Source: Schizosaccharomyces osmophilus (Eukaryota). From it: a DNA stretch of 64,000 nucleotides. The stretch is taken from assembly GCF_027921745.1 (NCBI RefSeq), contig NC_079240.1, forward strand, positions 1,736,001-1,800,000. The letters run 5' to 3'. The position numbers were made by a program, and so were the translations under genes. Below, in pieces: positions 1 to 12,742 of this stretch; within the stretch, counting starts at the first letter, position 1, and each line of letters begins with the position of its first letter. The notes under the pieces were generated by a model. The model saw only the letters and a program-made list of their open reading frames with translations. It ran no database searches and was not told the origin of the DNA.

Positions 1-463
1 AAAGGTGCGCTTGTATGAAATCTTGGAACACAAATGGTATCGAGACATAAATATGCGAGCAATGATAAGATCATTGAATCCTTTTGCAAGGATTATTGGG
101 GAGGTTATACCTGAAGAAGAAATTAGTTTACAAGAAAATGAGCGAGTAATAGTTGTGTATCACTTCCATAAAGATGTCGCTCGAATGCATAGCATTCCTT
201 TCAAATTTGTGATTAAGCCAGGAGAAAAATTTGCTATCACTAGACAGCGGTTGCGTTTCCGAACCATGTACCCTGACAATATTTTTTCAGTAATCAAGTT
301 TGCAATTATTGATTTTGATAGAAATTCCGTTGTGTATTTGAATGATGACGATGTTGTTTTCGAGCTGCTTGAACAATACAATGGCACATTGGCTATGGAT
401 AGAGCTAAAAAAGAAATTAGAAAACCTAAAATTTTAGACCGAGCGATCCAAATGAAAGGTTAG
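1..463 (+). CDS. ubp5: 3' end of USP7-like ubiquitin C-terminal hydrolase (truncated by window edge)
   Basis: Open frame from the window start to TAG at 461-463. Sequence 'VYHFHKDVARMHSIPFKFVIKPGEKF...ILDRAIQMKG' resembles the USP7/Ubp15 C-terminal Ubl region. It lies next to ccq1, as ubp5 does in S. pombe (recall). Confidence 0.8.
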   Translation, partial: KVRLYEILEHKWYRDINMRAMIRSLNPFARIIGEVIPEEEISLQENERVIVVYHFHKDVARMHSIPFKFVIKPGEKFAITRQRLRFRTMYPDNIFSVIKFAIIDFDRNSVVYLNDDDVVFELLEQYNGTLAMDRAKKEIRKPKILDRAIQMKG

Positions 464-731
464 AATATGAAAATAATGCTTTTGTTGTTTGCTGCCTATA
501 TATGAACTTCACATTAATCTCACTTTTCAAGGTATATAAATGCGCTAACTATATAAACAGCTATATTAACGTCTGTCTCATTTATAAAGAAATAAATAAG
601 AATAATGGATTATTACTTTAATGTTAGATATCTCTAATAAGCCTTCTAAATGGGGGATTATTGATTCTAATAATAACTAAATAATAGTTGACAGTCTTAT
701 AATGGTTTATTCGCTCTATGCATTATCTAAT

Positions 732-2894
732 TCATAGAGGCGGTAAGGTCCTGTTTTTTAGTATAGCAAGAGACTCTTCAAGTGATGAAACTTTAGCAAG
801 CAAAGCGTCAGCTCTAGCATCACTGTAAGATTTTACTTCTTCCATAACTTTTTCATTAATCGTTTTAAGTCGTTCATTTTCAGCTTGTAGTCTGGCAACT
901 TCCTTGGTTTGCTCGCTAGCGGATGTGGAAGCACTTTGATATTGCTGCGTAATAAAATCCAAATCTTCTTTTTGAGTTTTATTAAGCTGGCTAAGTTTAT
1001 ATTTTTGTTCATTGGAATCTACGAGTTGGCCACGAACTTCGTCTTCTGGCATATTTTGAATGTATTTAAAGCCAAAATCCAATTGTTTGGATAAATGTGT
1101 AATTTGCTGTTTTAAATCAGCAACCTCATTTGACCTTTCGGAATCACTCTTCTTTCCTGTTTCCAACTTTTGATGGGATTTTTCGAGTTCGACTTTGAGT
1201 CCTCGTACTTGTTCTCGATAATCCTGTAAAGTATCTGTAAGTTTAGCTATTTGTTGTTCCAATTCATCAGCATGAGTTTGTTTTATATTTTTCACGTTGA
1301 CAGCTTCGTGCAACTCATCTTCAACCATTCGTAATCTTCTCTGCAAATACTGGACAGCGGCACCCTGTAAATCATAATTTTGTCCAAAATCAGAGGTATC
1401 TGGCCCTCGCTGCGAAGGAAATGATTTAGTTGCCGGATTCGAAAAGGAAGAAGCTACTTCCTGAGATCCTTTGGAAGGAGTTTGAGATACTTGGAAGGTG
1501 AAAAGGTTGTCATCTGGATATTTTAAGACGGTTTCATTAACACGAGAAGGGGACTCTTGAGAGGGTTTAGGTTCTGCAACGGCGAAATAAGCAAGGTCTA
1601 CTAAAGGCTGCAATGGCCAAGAGTTAGGCGAGGCTTCATTATTAATCCATTCAGCTACTTTACCTGCTGCCTCATTTGTAACATCGGCAAGGTGTACAGA
1701 CTTTGCATCAGCATCGGTAATAGCACCAGTATGCTCGGCACGGTTCGAAAACACATTAAGGTCTGCGACCTGAGCGTTTTCTTCCGTAGAGGAATTAAGA
1801 GCAGCCAACACGCCAACAATGTTGACAAGAAAGCTTGCATTATAAGAAGACTGGAAGCTTCTGATGACATGTTCCACCGAATTTATATGAAGAAGTCGAA
1901 GAATTGGACAAGGAAAATAAGAAATTGTGCTAGTAACGCCCATATAGGCATCCATGTCGTAAAATATTACAGCACCAAAACGAATATCAGAGTTGAAAAG
2001 AGTAGCCGTAAATGGGGCATGCCTTGAAGAGCATACCCAGAATGAAACGTCTGTGTTATCTTGAATTTCTATGTCTGGCGACCAAGATTGTACCAAAATC
2101 GATACTGAAGATAGCCATGTCGTGAGCAAATTACCAAGAACATCATTGGAAACAAAGCAGAAAACTGGTGTATGAAGCTTGGGTAAAACAGACTCTAAAA
2201 ATTCCTTCAAGAAAAGGAATTTAGAAGAGGCTTTGGCGTGTTCGGATATGTTTGGGACAGTGAGTGATTTATTCTCGTCTGGTTTAGCAGACGGCGAGTG
2301 TGACCCATCGCGAACCTCCTTTTCGTAAAGCCAAGGGTGTTTAGCAATCTTATGAGCTGACTGTAAAAATAAGCGAATTTTTTCTTGGATGCGCGCATCA
2401 CTTGGACCTGTGCAGAAGTGGTCGATGCAAAAAGCAAAATATTGGACAAGGCGATGCATCATTTTACGCTGGATGGGAGACATAGAGAGCCCTACGTCCA
2501 AAACGGAATATTCGGGTTTGGGAAATCCAGAGGAAGGTAACGATAGCGAATCCGAATTGGAGGACTTGTTTGTAGGGAATAGTTGCTGCGTTGAGGGGTA
2601 GTCGCCGACATCTTGCGTCAAAAAATCGTTTTCTGCCGGATCAAATTCATGGTGGAGGAAGCTCGTCTCATGTTGCTTAATTGGAGGTTGTTCACCATCC
2701 AAAGAAGAATCGAGCGACTGGTCTAACTTGCGTTTATGATTTGCTGCCTTCAAAAGCCAAGCATCTTCCAAAAATCCAGGACACTCCTCTTTGGATATCC
2801 ATTTCTTTGAGCAATTGGATGGAATAAATATTTCATATTTGGTATCACTTTCATTCACAATCGTAGAATCCATAGATTCCTGATACTCACTCAT
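732..2894 (-). CDS. ccq1: Shelterin/telomerase-recruitment protein Ccq1 (720 aa)
   Basis: Single 720-aa ORF. FLTQD places Thr at residue 93. Tpz1-binding-like segment 'SPIQRKMMHRLVQYFAFCIDHFCTG...IQEKIRLFLQSAHKIAKHP' and a long C-terminal coiled coil. Sits between ubp5 and srp54. Confidence 0.9.
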   Translation of the reverse strand: MSEYQESMDSTIVNESDTKYEIFIPSNCSKKWISKEECPGFLEDAWLLKAANHKRKLDQSLDSSLDGEQPPIKQHETSFLHHEFDPAENDFLTQDVGDYPSTQQLFPTNKSSNSDSLSLPSSGFPKPEYSVLDVGLSMSPIQRKMMHRLVQYFAFCIDHFCTGPSDARIQEKIRLFLQSAHKIAKHPWLYEKEVRDGSHSPSAKPDENKSLTVPNISEHAKASSKFLFLKEFLESVLPKLHTPVFCFVSNDVLGNLLTTWLSSVSILVQSWSPDIEIQDNTDVSFWVCSSRHAPFTATLFNSDIRFGAVIFYDMDAYMGVTSTISYFPCPILRLLHINSVEHVIRSFQSSYNASFLVNIVGVLAALNSSTEENAQVADLNVFSNRAEHTGAITDADAKSVHLADVTNEAAGKVAEWINNEASPNSWPLQPLVDLAYFAVAEPKPSQESPSRVNETVLKYPDDNLFTFQVSQTPSKGSQEVASSFSNPATKSFPSQRGPDTSDFGQNYDLQGAAVQYLQRRLRMVEDELHEAVNVKNIKQTHADELEQQIAKLTDTLQDYREQVRGLKVELEKSHQKLETGKKSDSERSNEVADLKQQITHLSKQLDFGFKYIQNMPEDEVRGQLVDSNEQKYKLSQLNKTQKEDLDFITQQYQSASTSASEQTKEVARLQAENERLKTINEKVMEEVKSYSDARADALLAKVSSLEESLAILKNRTLPPL

Positions 2895-3706
2895 CGTTAT
2901 AAAAACGGCAAAAACTTGTTTGCAGTGACTCTTTAGTTCGCGAGCTCAATGTTTCAAAAACAATTAGTATTCGCTTGCTCTTGAAAAGCACCTTCTATAC
3001 ATTCAATCTATAGCACTTGCAAAACCAATGTTGTTTAGATGAAACACGCGTTCAAAAAGCGTTTGTTTGGCGTTTACTGTATCCTAACAGGAATGTTTAT
3101 CGTTTATTATCATACTGATGCGTATTCGTTAATGTTTTTACGACATAGTATTAATGGCACACTATTTTCTTGCGTTTACTTCATTCCGTTTCATTAGAGA
3201 GCAAATAGAAAGGAAGGGCTTTCTATTCAGCAATGAGCACGATTTCCATACGAAGAGAGTTTTCTTGAGAAGAAATGGAAACATATATAAAGCTTAACAT
3301 TGCCTTTTTACTGTGAACCCTTTTGTTTCTAGAGTAAGCCACTATGAGCGTTCTGTTTACTAAGGCATTTGTTTTTCTATGTTAAAAGCGATACGGTAAT
3401 AGTAATATTGCATTCTGCTTCACTATACAATAATTCACGCTATATCAGCATCGCTAAATGAAAAGATCAGGATGCAAAGAAAAACAAAAAAAACTGGGTT
3501 TTGTGAAGACTTGAATACTTGCTTTAAGGTATAGAAGGCTTTTATTCGAGGTTCGTTACCTATAGAACCTTGCTGGGCGTTCTTTGTACGATGTTAACAA
3601 AACGATGATAAGACTCAGCGTAACTTGCCAACTACCAAAAACCGAAAACGACAATTCAAACCTTTTTGTCTCTTTAAATCACCAAATATAGATTTAAATT
3701 GGCAAA

Positions 3707-5576
3707 ATGGTATTCGCAGATTTAGGACGTCGTTTAAATTCTGCCCTGGGCGATTTCTCCAAGGCTACATCTGTCAATGAAGAGGTAAGTAATGTGGTTG
3801 TCGTGAAGTAGACGAGCTCTTAGGTCCTTCATCATCTTTGCTTTTTTTATATGACGAACAGTTTTCTTCTTTGAAGCAAATTCCGTGTTGAACTTGAAGC
3901 AGAATGTCATGGTGTGTGTTTATTCTTTGAACAAAACAAGTTGAGTTTACAAAGATGTATGCTCTACGCCTATTCTGTTTAGTTTTATTGCATCTCATGG
4001 TTTGATTCAGCTGTTTCTGTATATTGATTGAGTTGTCGCTGCGCTTTTTCCTTTCTTCTTTACTTCTTTGTGCAATAACTAACTAGGCTAGCTTGTCGAT
4101 AATCTTTTAAAAACTATTTGCACTGCTTTATTGGAAACGGATGTCAATGTTCGACTCGTTCAAACATTAAGGAGCAATATTAAAAAGAAAATTAATATTA
4201 GCAATCTTCCTCAAGGCATTAATGGAAAGCGAATTGTTCAAAAAACTGTCTTTGATGAGCTTTGTACTTTGGTTGATCCCCAAGTTCAAGCTTTCACACC
4301 TAAAAAGGGAAAGCCGTCGGTAATTATGATGGTTGGTCTTCAAGGTAGCGGTAAGACCACCACATGTACCAAGCTAGCCTTACAGTATCAAAGAAAAGGT
4401 CTAAAGTCTTGCTTAGTTGCTGCAGATACATTTCGTGCAGGTGCTTTTGATCAATTAAAACAGAATGCTATTAAAGCTCGTGTACCCTTTTACGGTAGCT
4501 ACACTGAAACGGATCCGGTTGTTATTGCCCAGGAAGGTGTAGAGAAATTCAAAAAAGATCGGTTTGACGTTATTATCGTGGATACCTCTGGTAGACATCA
4601 ACAAGAGAAAGAACTTTTTGCTGAAATGGTTGAAATTTCCGAAGCTATCCAACCAGATCAAACAATAATGATTCTTGATGCTAGTATTGGTCAGGCTGCT
4701 GAACCTCAAGCAAAAGCTTTTAAGGAAACTGCAAACTTTGGGGCCGTCATTATTACAAAGTTAGACGGCCACGCTAAGGGTGGTGGTGCTCTGTCTGCGG
4801 TGGCAGCAACTAATACTCCCATTGTTTTTATTGGTACTGGTGAGCACATTAATGACTTGGAGAAATTCTCCCCTCGATCGTTTATTTCCAAGCTTTTAGG
4901 AATGGGTGATTTGGAAGGTCTCATGGAACACGTCCAATCGTTAAATTTAGACAAAAAGAATATGGTTAAAAACCTTGAGCAAGGAAAGTTTACCGTTCGT
5001 GATTTTCGAGATCAGCTTGGTAACATTATGAAACTCGGACCATTAAGTAAAATGGCCAGTATGATTCCCGGTATGAGCAATATGATGCAAGGCATGAATG
5101 ATGAAGATGGAGCTATACGTATGAAAAGAATGCTTTATATTGTCGATTCAATGACTGAACAAGAACTCGATTCTGATGGTCTTACTTTTACACAGCAACC
5201 CTCTCGTGTTTTCCGTGTAGCCAAGGGCAGTGGTACCAGTGTTATTGAGGTCGAAGAAACTATATCTCAGGTTCGTATTTTTGCACAGATGGCCAAAACC
5301 ATGGGAGGGAAAGATGGTATATTGGGCAAGCTTGGTGGAAATCCAGCTGCCGGTCTCAAAAAGGATCCTCGCCAAATGGCAGCTATGCAAAAGCGTCTTC
5401 AGTCAATGGGTGGGGGTGGCATGCCAGACTTCAACCCTGGTTCAATGAACTTTGGTGATATCTCTAAAATGGCGAGTAGTTTGATGGGCGGCGGAGGTGG
5501 TGGGCCCGGAGGTTTTGATCTTAAGGGCATGATGAATCAATTGCAAGGTGCGGCAAAGCCTCCTCGGAGACGTTAA
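3707..5576 (+). CDS. srp54: Signal recognition particle subunit Srp54; exons 3707-3784, 4092-5576
   Basis: Exon 1 [32 protein letters not shown] donor at 3785, CTAAC branch 4079-4083, TAG acceptor at 4091, in frame. GTPase motifs [18 protein letters not shown]. Met/Gly-rich M domain. Confidence 0.96.
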
Positions 5577-5832
5577 TTCTGTTTCTGTTGTATTTTAGTA
5601 ATTTACTCTTTTGGCATTTTTACTTGTTTAAATAAATGAATATCAGCGGTAAATTTCGTTTCTTTCCTTAGACCTCAAAATATTCACAATTTACTATTTA
5701 ATTTTTATACATGAACAAAACTTTCATAAAGTAATTCTTCAGATTAACCATAACCAAAATCTTAACCGAACAATAAATAAAAGAGCGAGCTTACTTATAG
5801 TCTAAGCAATAAATAAAACTTAGGTGATCGTG

Positions 5833-8626
5833 TTAGTCCTCTTCCTCTTTGATGTTTACCTCTTCATCAGTATCAACTGTCATTGAGTGATCTTGATTTG
5901 TTGTTTCAAGATTAAAGTCATTATTAGCAGCAGGTTCTTCTTCTTTGTCTTCAGTTTCTTTGATTTCGTTCACCTCTTCTGGGCGGTCTTCATCACTTTT
6001 CGCCTCTTGTTCTTCTCTCTCACGCGCCGTTTCTTCGTTATTTCTTAACATTGTATCAAACCTTGATAGAATATTCATGCTAGCAGAATCCAGCGTTAAG
6101 CCATACTAAATATCAATAAAATGGTCTTCGAAAGTTAAATTTTTACTTACATTCTCAAACGTTTGTAATTTCCTAATGGATTTGCTAAAGTCCTCAGAAG
6201 GTAAAGTCTCAGGAATGTTTAATTTTCCAAGCAAAGAAACTATGAGTTTTCTCTCTTTTCCTAAAAGATGGTTAGTACAAATCAAGACACCACCTACTCA
6301 CCTTCGGACGCACGAGGCAAGCTTTCAAATATGTTGTTCGCCAAGTGCAAATGAATTTTTTGATTTTCTGTGGAGGAATCGCTATTAACTTTTTTCTCAA
6401 AAAGTTTTTCGTGGTCGGTCCAGTCAAGCATTTGCAAAGCAATCTGGGAAGTTGACAATTGAAGATCATCTTCATCTATATCACGATATACTTCCAGCAA
6501 ATTCAACAACGTGTCGCAAAATACCTACGAACATGTTAGAACAAGCATTACGAAATTCAATACCTCTGCAACTTTCCACTGATTTTCGGGTGATCCATAT
6601 ACATAAACTGGAAAGAAATAACCCAGCACCTGGCGCAAAGCATAGTTCTCAACAGTATTAGGTTCAAAATACTGGATTATTAAAGGCTTTAGAAACTTTT
6701 TATTGTTAGTATTGCATTGGGTATTATTTCACATACCACCTCGTCTCTATAATGAACAATTACTAAGAGCTTCGCAATTGCTTCAGCACTAAGGGTTTGG
6801 AATTCGGCCTCGTCAATGTTAAAAAGATTTTCAAGCAGCAACGACGAAAACTGCTCATCAAAATTGGAGAATCGCTCCTTGCCATGTTGGAGAAAGATAT
6901 CAGTCAAAGTTCGAAGGGCAATGATTTTTAAATTATCTGTTCCTTTTTCCAAGCAGTGTAAATATAAAGGAATATTTTCAAAGGCCAAATCACTATTTAG
7001 GAGACAAACTAAGCTCAAACATTCTAAACCTTTTTCACGGATTGGGAGATCGTGTGATTTTACAGCAGGTATAATTAAAGACTTCAGTAAATCAACGACG
7101 TATAAGTTTTCATTTAGTGGAGAAGATATATTTTCGAATAAGGCTTGTACATAAGAAAGGCACCTAATCTCATTAAATGCTTCCTTATATTCTTCGGTCT
7201 CCTCATTAGCCTCATCTTCTTCCATATTGGAGGGAAGCGGAGAAGAAGCAGCATCTTTTTCTTTTTCCTGGGGTGACTTTGGGGGAGTCTGCTCGAGCTG
7301 GGATTCCTTTGTTGGTTCAATATGGCCCTGTTCAAAAATATCAGTAATGATCTCCACCAGTAATGAGCAAAAATCGGTTTCGGTAGTACACAACTTTTTC
7401 AGTAATTCCACATGAAGAGATATTAAAGTTTCCGTAAGCAACGAAGTGGAAAGACTGTTAGTTAAACTCTTTAATAATTTACGTCTTCCAATTTCATCAG
7501 CCATATCTTGATTCAAAGCGATAAGCAATAGCTGTTCAATGATAAATGAAGCCTCCTCATAAGTAGATTTGTCTCGTAAAGCGACATATTGTTTTTCAAT
7601 GAAAAATGTTAATTGACTTACTTCAGGTATTTTTTCTGCAAGTTCTCCAAAGTTTTTCTCAGCGCAAACTTCGCTAAACGATCTAGCAAGGAGAGCAGAC
7701 TCTGCCGTTAACTCCATCCAGAACTGATCGGGGAATTCAATTTCGGTGAGCGTTTCCAAGCGAGTAGTAAAAAAGCATTTGATTGCTAAATTGGCAACCT
7801 CTGAATTTTGGACGACATCCAAACGCTCTAATAATTCCAACAAATTATTATCTGCGCTTTCTATCCACTGATACGCTAGCATATTGGCCGCTGCCTGTTG
7901 AACACTCTCATCTCTATCATTCATACCCCATTTTAAAATACGAACTCGCTTTTTGATACTGAGGTATCGAAAGTCACCGATTTTAGGAACGACTTTAGAG
8001 TAGACGCATTTTCGATTGGTAGCATCTACGTCTCTGGCACGCTCAAGAATAAACGGTAGAGTAGCTTTACTTACTTCAATATTCAGCAAAACGGCTCTTC
8101 GAACATCAGGACTAGGATCATTTTGTAATAAAAATAATAGCATATTACGAACATCGTTTTCCTCCTCTTGTGTATCTTCTTGAAGACGAGAAAGCGCGAT
8201 GACAGCCTCCAATCTTACAAATGACTCTCTGTCTACTACACGGTCAAGTAATTTCTCACGAAGGATGCTGTATATGTCATCATCAATTTCTTTCACGGAA
8301 TTGATGACTCTGGCTACGACCTGACAGCTACGAAAGCGTATCGTTTTATCTTTCGCATCTAACCCTCTTAAAGCGTGCTTTAAAACTGGTTGAGCAATGT
8401 CGGTTTCGGGATCCTTCTGTTGAAGATAATTAATGAATGTGACAATAAACCGAAGCACGCGATCAGCATTCGTGTTTCCTTTTCTCACTGTTAAAATAAT
8501 GTTTATGGATTGAAAAACATCCTGTAAGAAGGCTTCTTGAAGCCGTAAAGCGAATAATTTATTACACAGCTTTCTGTGGCTCGAAACGGAATTTTGGCTG
8601 GATGCAATGACCTGTAAAGCAGACAT
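5833..8626 (-). CDS. cnd3: Condensin HEAT subunit CAP-G (about 888 aa); exons 8626-6737, 6695-6302, 6260-6151, 6105-5833
   Basis: HEAT motifs (AKDKTIRFRSCQ, LQNDPSPDVRRAVL, ERARDVD). Three short introns with GTATGT, GTGAGT and GTAAGT donors join the ORF pieces in frame (RDEV|FLKPLIIQYFEP...LRQVLGYFFPVY). Confidence 0.92.
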
Positions 8627-8661
8627 CCTGAGTTTATAGATCCTCTAATTAATATAATAGA

Positions 8662-8669
8662 TGTGACTG
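8662..8669 (-). promoter_or_regulatory. Possible HomolD-box core promoter element (CAGTCACA) upstream of cnd3
   Basis: Exact TGTGACTG on + (CAGTCACA on -), 36 nt upstream of the cnd3 ATG. Motif match only. Confidence 0.3.
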
Positions 8670-9002
8670 ATGCTAGAAGAGCTGCTGAACAGCCCAAGTG
8701 AATGTTGGTGATATGGAGGTTTGTATTACTTAGGATGTAAACATATGAACCCGGTAATCGTCTTAGAGAGGTCATTATGTTCAACAAATCTTTTTAACTA
8801 AAAGGAATTAATTATACGAATACGAAAAAAAAAAAATATTCTAAATGAAAGATAAAGAAAAAGAAAAGAAAATCATAGTGAAACTAATTATGGTTAAATA
8901 TATGGCAGTAATAATCAGATGCAAAATTGCAGCATATTCATTAGATATAGAAAAGAAATAAGTTGTAGCATAATATGAATCATTATTAATAATGCAAAAG
9001 GC

Positions 9003-11029
9003 CTAATCGTCTGGAGTTTCGATCGATATTTTTTTTAATTGTTCCGTAGTTGTCTGTACCGATATATTTTTCGATGCTTTCATTTTAGAGGCATTTTCAT
9101 TCGCAATAGACTCAAGGATAAGCCACCTTTCTTTCCTTTCTTGTTCTTCCTTTTCTTTTTTGTTTATCGCTTCAGAGTATTCTGTATCAACTTCGTCGAA
9201 TAAAGAAGAATTTATATCCATAAACAATTTCAAAACATTACAAACCATTGAGTTGATAACCCTGTGCAAGTTAGCTATTTGAAGAACGATAAACAAAACA
9301 ACGTGACTCCATACCTGTTCCAATGGCTTTTTGATATTTCAAAGAGAGCAGGATATATAATAGGCAAAATGACATCTACGTTTTCTTCAACCAGATGCAC
9401 AAAATAATCGTTGTTAAAGAAATATAAAGCACGCTCGGCAACTTGAAAATTTTGGCTAGATATGCAAGAAGCTAATTTATGAAATAGCGGTATTTGGACT
9501 TTTAGAAATTCAGACGGTTCCATCACTTCAACGATATCTTCCAATTCATTCAAAAATAAAACTTCTTTCCCACTATTGATCTTTGGCCAGTAGCGAAGAA
9601 GACCTAGAATGACCTACATATCGATTAGTAAATAAAAAGGTAATATTTTTTATATAAACCTACCTCTTCAGTCACGGAGGAATCTTTTTCCACAAATTGC
9701 ACGATACCATAAGCAATTTGTGGATAATAAAGGGCGAGAGATTTTGCCTTATGCATAGGGATTAAAACACGGGATAAGAAAACCTTATGTTCTTCCTTTA
9801 ATGGAAGTGCAAACCCGTTGATAATACTGCCCAGGATTTCAAGGAGTTCAGCAATTCCGCTAAACTGCTCATTCTCGTAAATATATTGAAGAAACAAATT
9901 GTTGATAGACCTTCGAATGAAAGCACGCAACGAAAGAAATTTTCCGTAAATTCTATGAAGAATGGTTTTCAAAAAATCCCTTTCACGAGGATCTTCACTG
10001 TCAAACAAAACAAGTAGTTTACGAATAAATTTTTGGTTGATATATACTTTTGCAATAGAAGTGTTGAGTGACGGGGACTCAAAAAACCTCAAAAAAAAGT
10101 CATAAACAAGATGTAAATGAGGCCATGCCACTTCTAATGCAGGTTCATCTTCTTCTAAATCCACGACTTCGCCGAGAGGGTTCGAAGGGGGTGGTAAAGG
10201 GCGAAAAACATTAACGGAGAACATATGTACAATGGAGGGATATAAAGACTCATCTATTGCTTCTTTCCGAACAGAAACCAAATCTATCAAATCTTGCAGG
10301 GCCTCGCGCTTCACCTCCTTACCATATAAATCAGTGGACGGATCATTAAAGTCAAACAAAACACAGCATTGTTCTAATTTTTCCAAGGCCAAGGAATGCC
10401 ATGCAGTGATAGGGACATCTAGAAAGTTAGTCAAACATGGACCATAAAAAGTAAGAATAGTCGTTTAAGAAAAAAAGATTAAAAGTTTTGAATATCCCTA
10501 CGACGACCGATATATGGTGCCGTATGTAAGAATACCCACAAACGACTATAGTAAACACAGCATACCTGAAAAAGAAGGAAGACGAACGAGCATTCGATTT
10601 TCAGATATGTGGTATAAAGAAGATCTTTGCTTTCGTACAGTTCGAACATTCTCTAGCAGAATCTCGTCTCTCGGAGTAGGAGTCGTATCAATTGGAACCT
10701 TTTTACTTGAATGCTTGGGGACTGAAAGATAATCATTCTGAGCACCCATAACATTGTTGGGAGATTCAACAGGCGATGACTATAGCAATGTAAGTGTTAA
10801 TTAGCTCGAGTTCAAACAGCAAGTGCTAGGTCTCTAAAGGACTTCCAGCAAAAAAAGGTATACCTCTTTAGAAGAAGATTTTGAAGATTCATGGGAAGAG
10901 GACTTTTTACTCTCTTTCTTTTTGCTAGACTTCTGTGAGTCCTGCGTTTTACCCCTAGAGAGCTAATACATTCGTCAGCATAAATTCTCCTGGAATTTTA
11001 CTCACCATTTTACTTTTAATGCCCTTCAT
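9003..11029 (-). CDS. par1: PP2A B' (B56) regulatory subunit (about 549 aa); exons 11029-11006, 10962-10864, 10779-10566, 10418-9664, 9613-9315, 9261-9003
   Basis: Starts [17 protein letters not shown]56 signatures [54 protein letters not shown]. Five GT-AG introns reconstruct one frame. Confidence 0.93.
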
Positions 11030-11504
11030 TTTTATAGTAGTCGGCAAAAATCGAGGCTGATTTCCTTGCAACTTGAAAGTTAAGCTTAAATTCCGTGATG
11101 AAAGAAGCCTTTAGGATATGGTCCCAAAACAGGCTACTTAAGATGACAAAATCAATTTGTTCTTCCACGTAATTACTTCCTATTTCCTATCTTTTTGAAA
11201 GTCTATTTCGTTCTTCTTTAGTTGGTATTTACATGATGGAAGCCCGTAGTAACAAAGAATAAGAAGCCCATAATAATTGGGATGTGCGGTACGCTTCGTT
11301 ACACCTTTTACCGGTGGAACGACTTCATCTTTAACAAATAAAACTTTTAAAAAAGCAAAGCAAATATAAGACACACCCAACTTGACAGCATGAATTTTGA
11401 AATTATTTATACGATAAGTCTTTTTCCAATGGAAGGTTTCTTTACCTCTCAATTTTTTTGTTTGCTCTACATATAGTGTAAGCAATAACATCTATCAACA
11501 ACAA

Positions 11505-11576
11505 GCTCACATGGTCCAGTGGTAAAGACTCATCCTTGTGGCGGATGCGACCCAGGTTCGATTCCTGGTGTGGGCA
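11505..11576 (+). tRNA. tRNA-His (GTG)
   Basis: GCTCACA...TGTGGGC acceptor stem, D-arm TGGTCCAGTGGTAAAGAC, anticodon arm CATCC-TTGTGGC-GGATG, T-arm CCAGG-TTCGATT-CCTGG, followed by an oligo-T Pol III terminator. Confidence 0.95.
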
Positions 11577-12337
11577 AAATATTTTTTGTTTTGCTTCTTG
11601 TGTATTCAAAATTCCTCAGTAAAGTTAATAGTTTCGTATATTCATCTATGAACTGAGGCGATGCATACGACAAACCCACAATTTTTGGGGTTAACATGAT
11701 CAGACAGAGTAGTGGTTTGCTGTTTTTCCATTAGTAAACATAAAAGTCGCTGATATAGGTTACCATGAACGTTGAGAAGAGTTTTAGATGTCTCAAAGAT
11801 TCTTTTGTTTAATAAAAGCAGTGAATTAATATCTGTTTGGCATATGTCTTCATTACATGGAAGCTTTTGATACTGTGCTTTGCATGAACACTTTTCCCAA
11901 CATCTAGAGAGGAAAATGATAACTAATGTTTGTTTATCTCTTACGTTTCGATTGAGAAGAACTGATCCTCAATCCTTCGAAACTGCATAGATTTATCCTA
12001 TTGTTGCAAAAACCGGTGTACCCTTACAAGTAACAGTTCAATCTTTGTCTTAGGGAATACGTGTATTTGCATTGTTAAGAATTATTTATTTAAAAGCTTC
12101 GTTCTTTACAATTTTTAAGAATTATCATGAGCTCAAAAGCAAATTCTCTTTCCGCACATTTAGTACTTTAGCACTCTTTTCCTTGATCAAGCTTTGTACG
12201 TAGAATGCAGAAAGCAATTAAATACATAAAAATTAACATATAAGTAAAATCGACTTAACCAGGAGAATGAGCTTCATACATATTCGTATTCCATATTGGA
12301 GATATTACCAAATATCTACCCAACTTTCTCGATGGTA

Positions 12338-12344
<7 letters not shown>

Positions 12345-12368
<24 letters not shown>
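12345..12368 (+). repeat. Poly(A) tract (about 24 nt) upstream of rik1
   Basis: Uninterrupted A run seen directly. Confidence 0.85.
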
Positions 12369-12742
12369 GGACTTGTTATTTTCTTTTTCTTTTATAGTAT
12401 CCTTTATGCAGTCATGTAAGATTTTGGATTAGAAAATATATCTAGTTCCTCTGATTCTGTGCATCTTCCCTCCCAATATGGTTTTTTTCCTAACCCTTGC
12501 ATTTCTCGTTTTGACATCGTTTTGAAGGGAATAACAAAAATTTCCCAGTATATTAGGAAAACCTTTGCATGTACATAAAAAGCAATTAATTTGGCATTCC
12601 GCTGCATAAATTGTATGTCTATAACGTATTATTCTGTTGGAGACGTGAATTGTCCTTTTGAATATTAACGATATTCCTACTGGTACATATCCCTTTTTTT
12701 CATTTTCGTAGTTATAGTTTCTGCATTTTATGGAAATTGTGC

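Noticed and set aside
3046..3051. Single MCB-like ACGCGT upstream of ccq1 (another at 57546-57551 before snf22)
   Set aside because: Isolated hexamers; MBF-regulated promoters usually have clustered sites.
5833..11029. Fragmented ORFs of cnd3 and par1 as possible pseudogenes
   Set aside because: All breaks are explained by canonical short GT-AG introns that restore full-length frames.
11180..11491. 103-aa - strand ORF upstream of par1
   Set aside because: Lies in an AT-rich promoter/5' region next to the tRNA, with no homology cues.
11577..12742. Possible solo LTR, 5S rDNA or wtf remnant beside tRNA-His
   Set aside because: No TG...CA bounded element, target-site duplication, 5S sequence or wtf-like hydrophobic exons could be recognised by eye; a repeat-library search would be needed.
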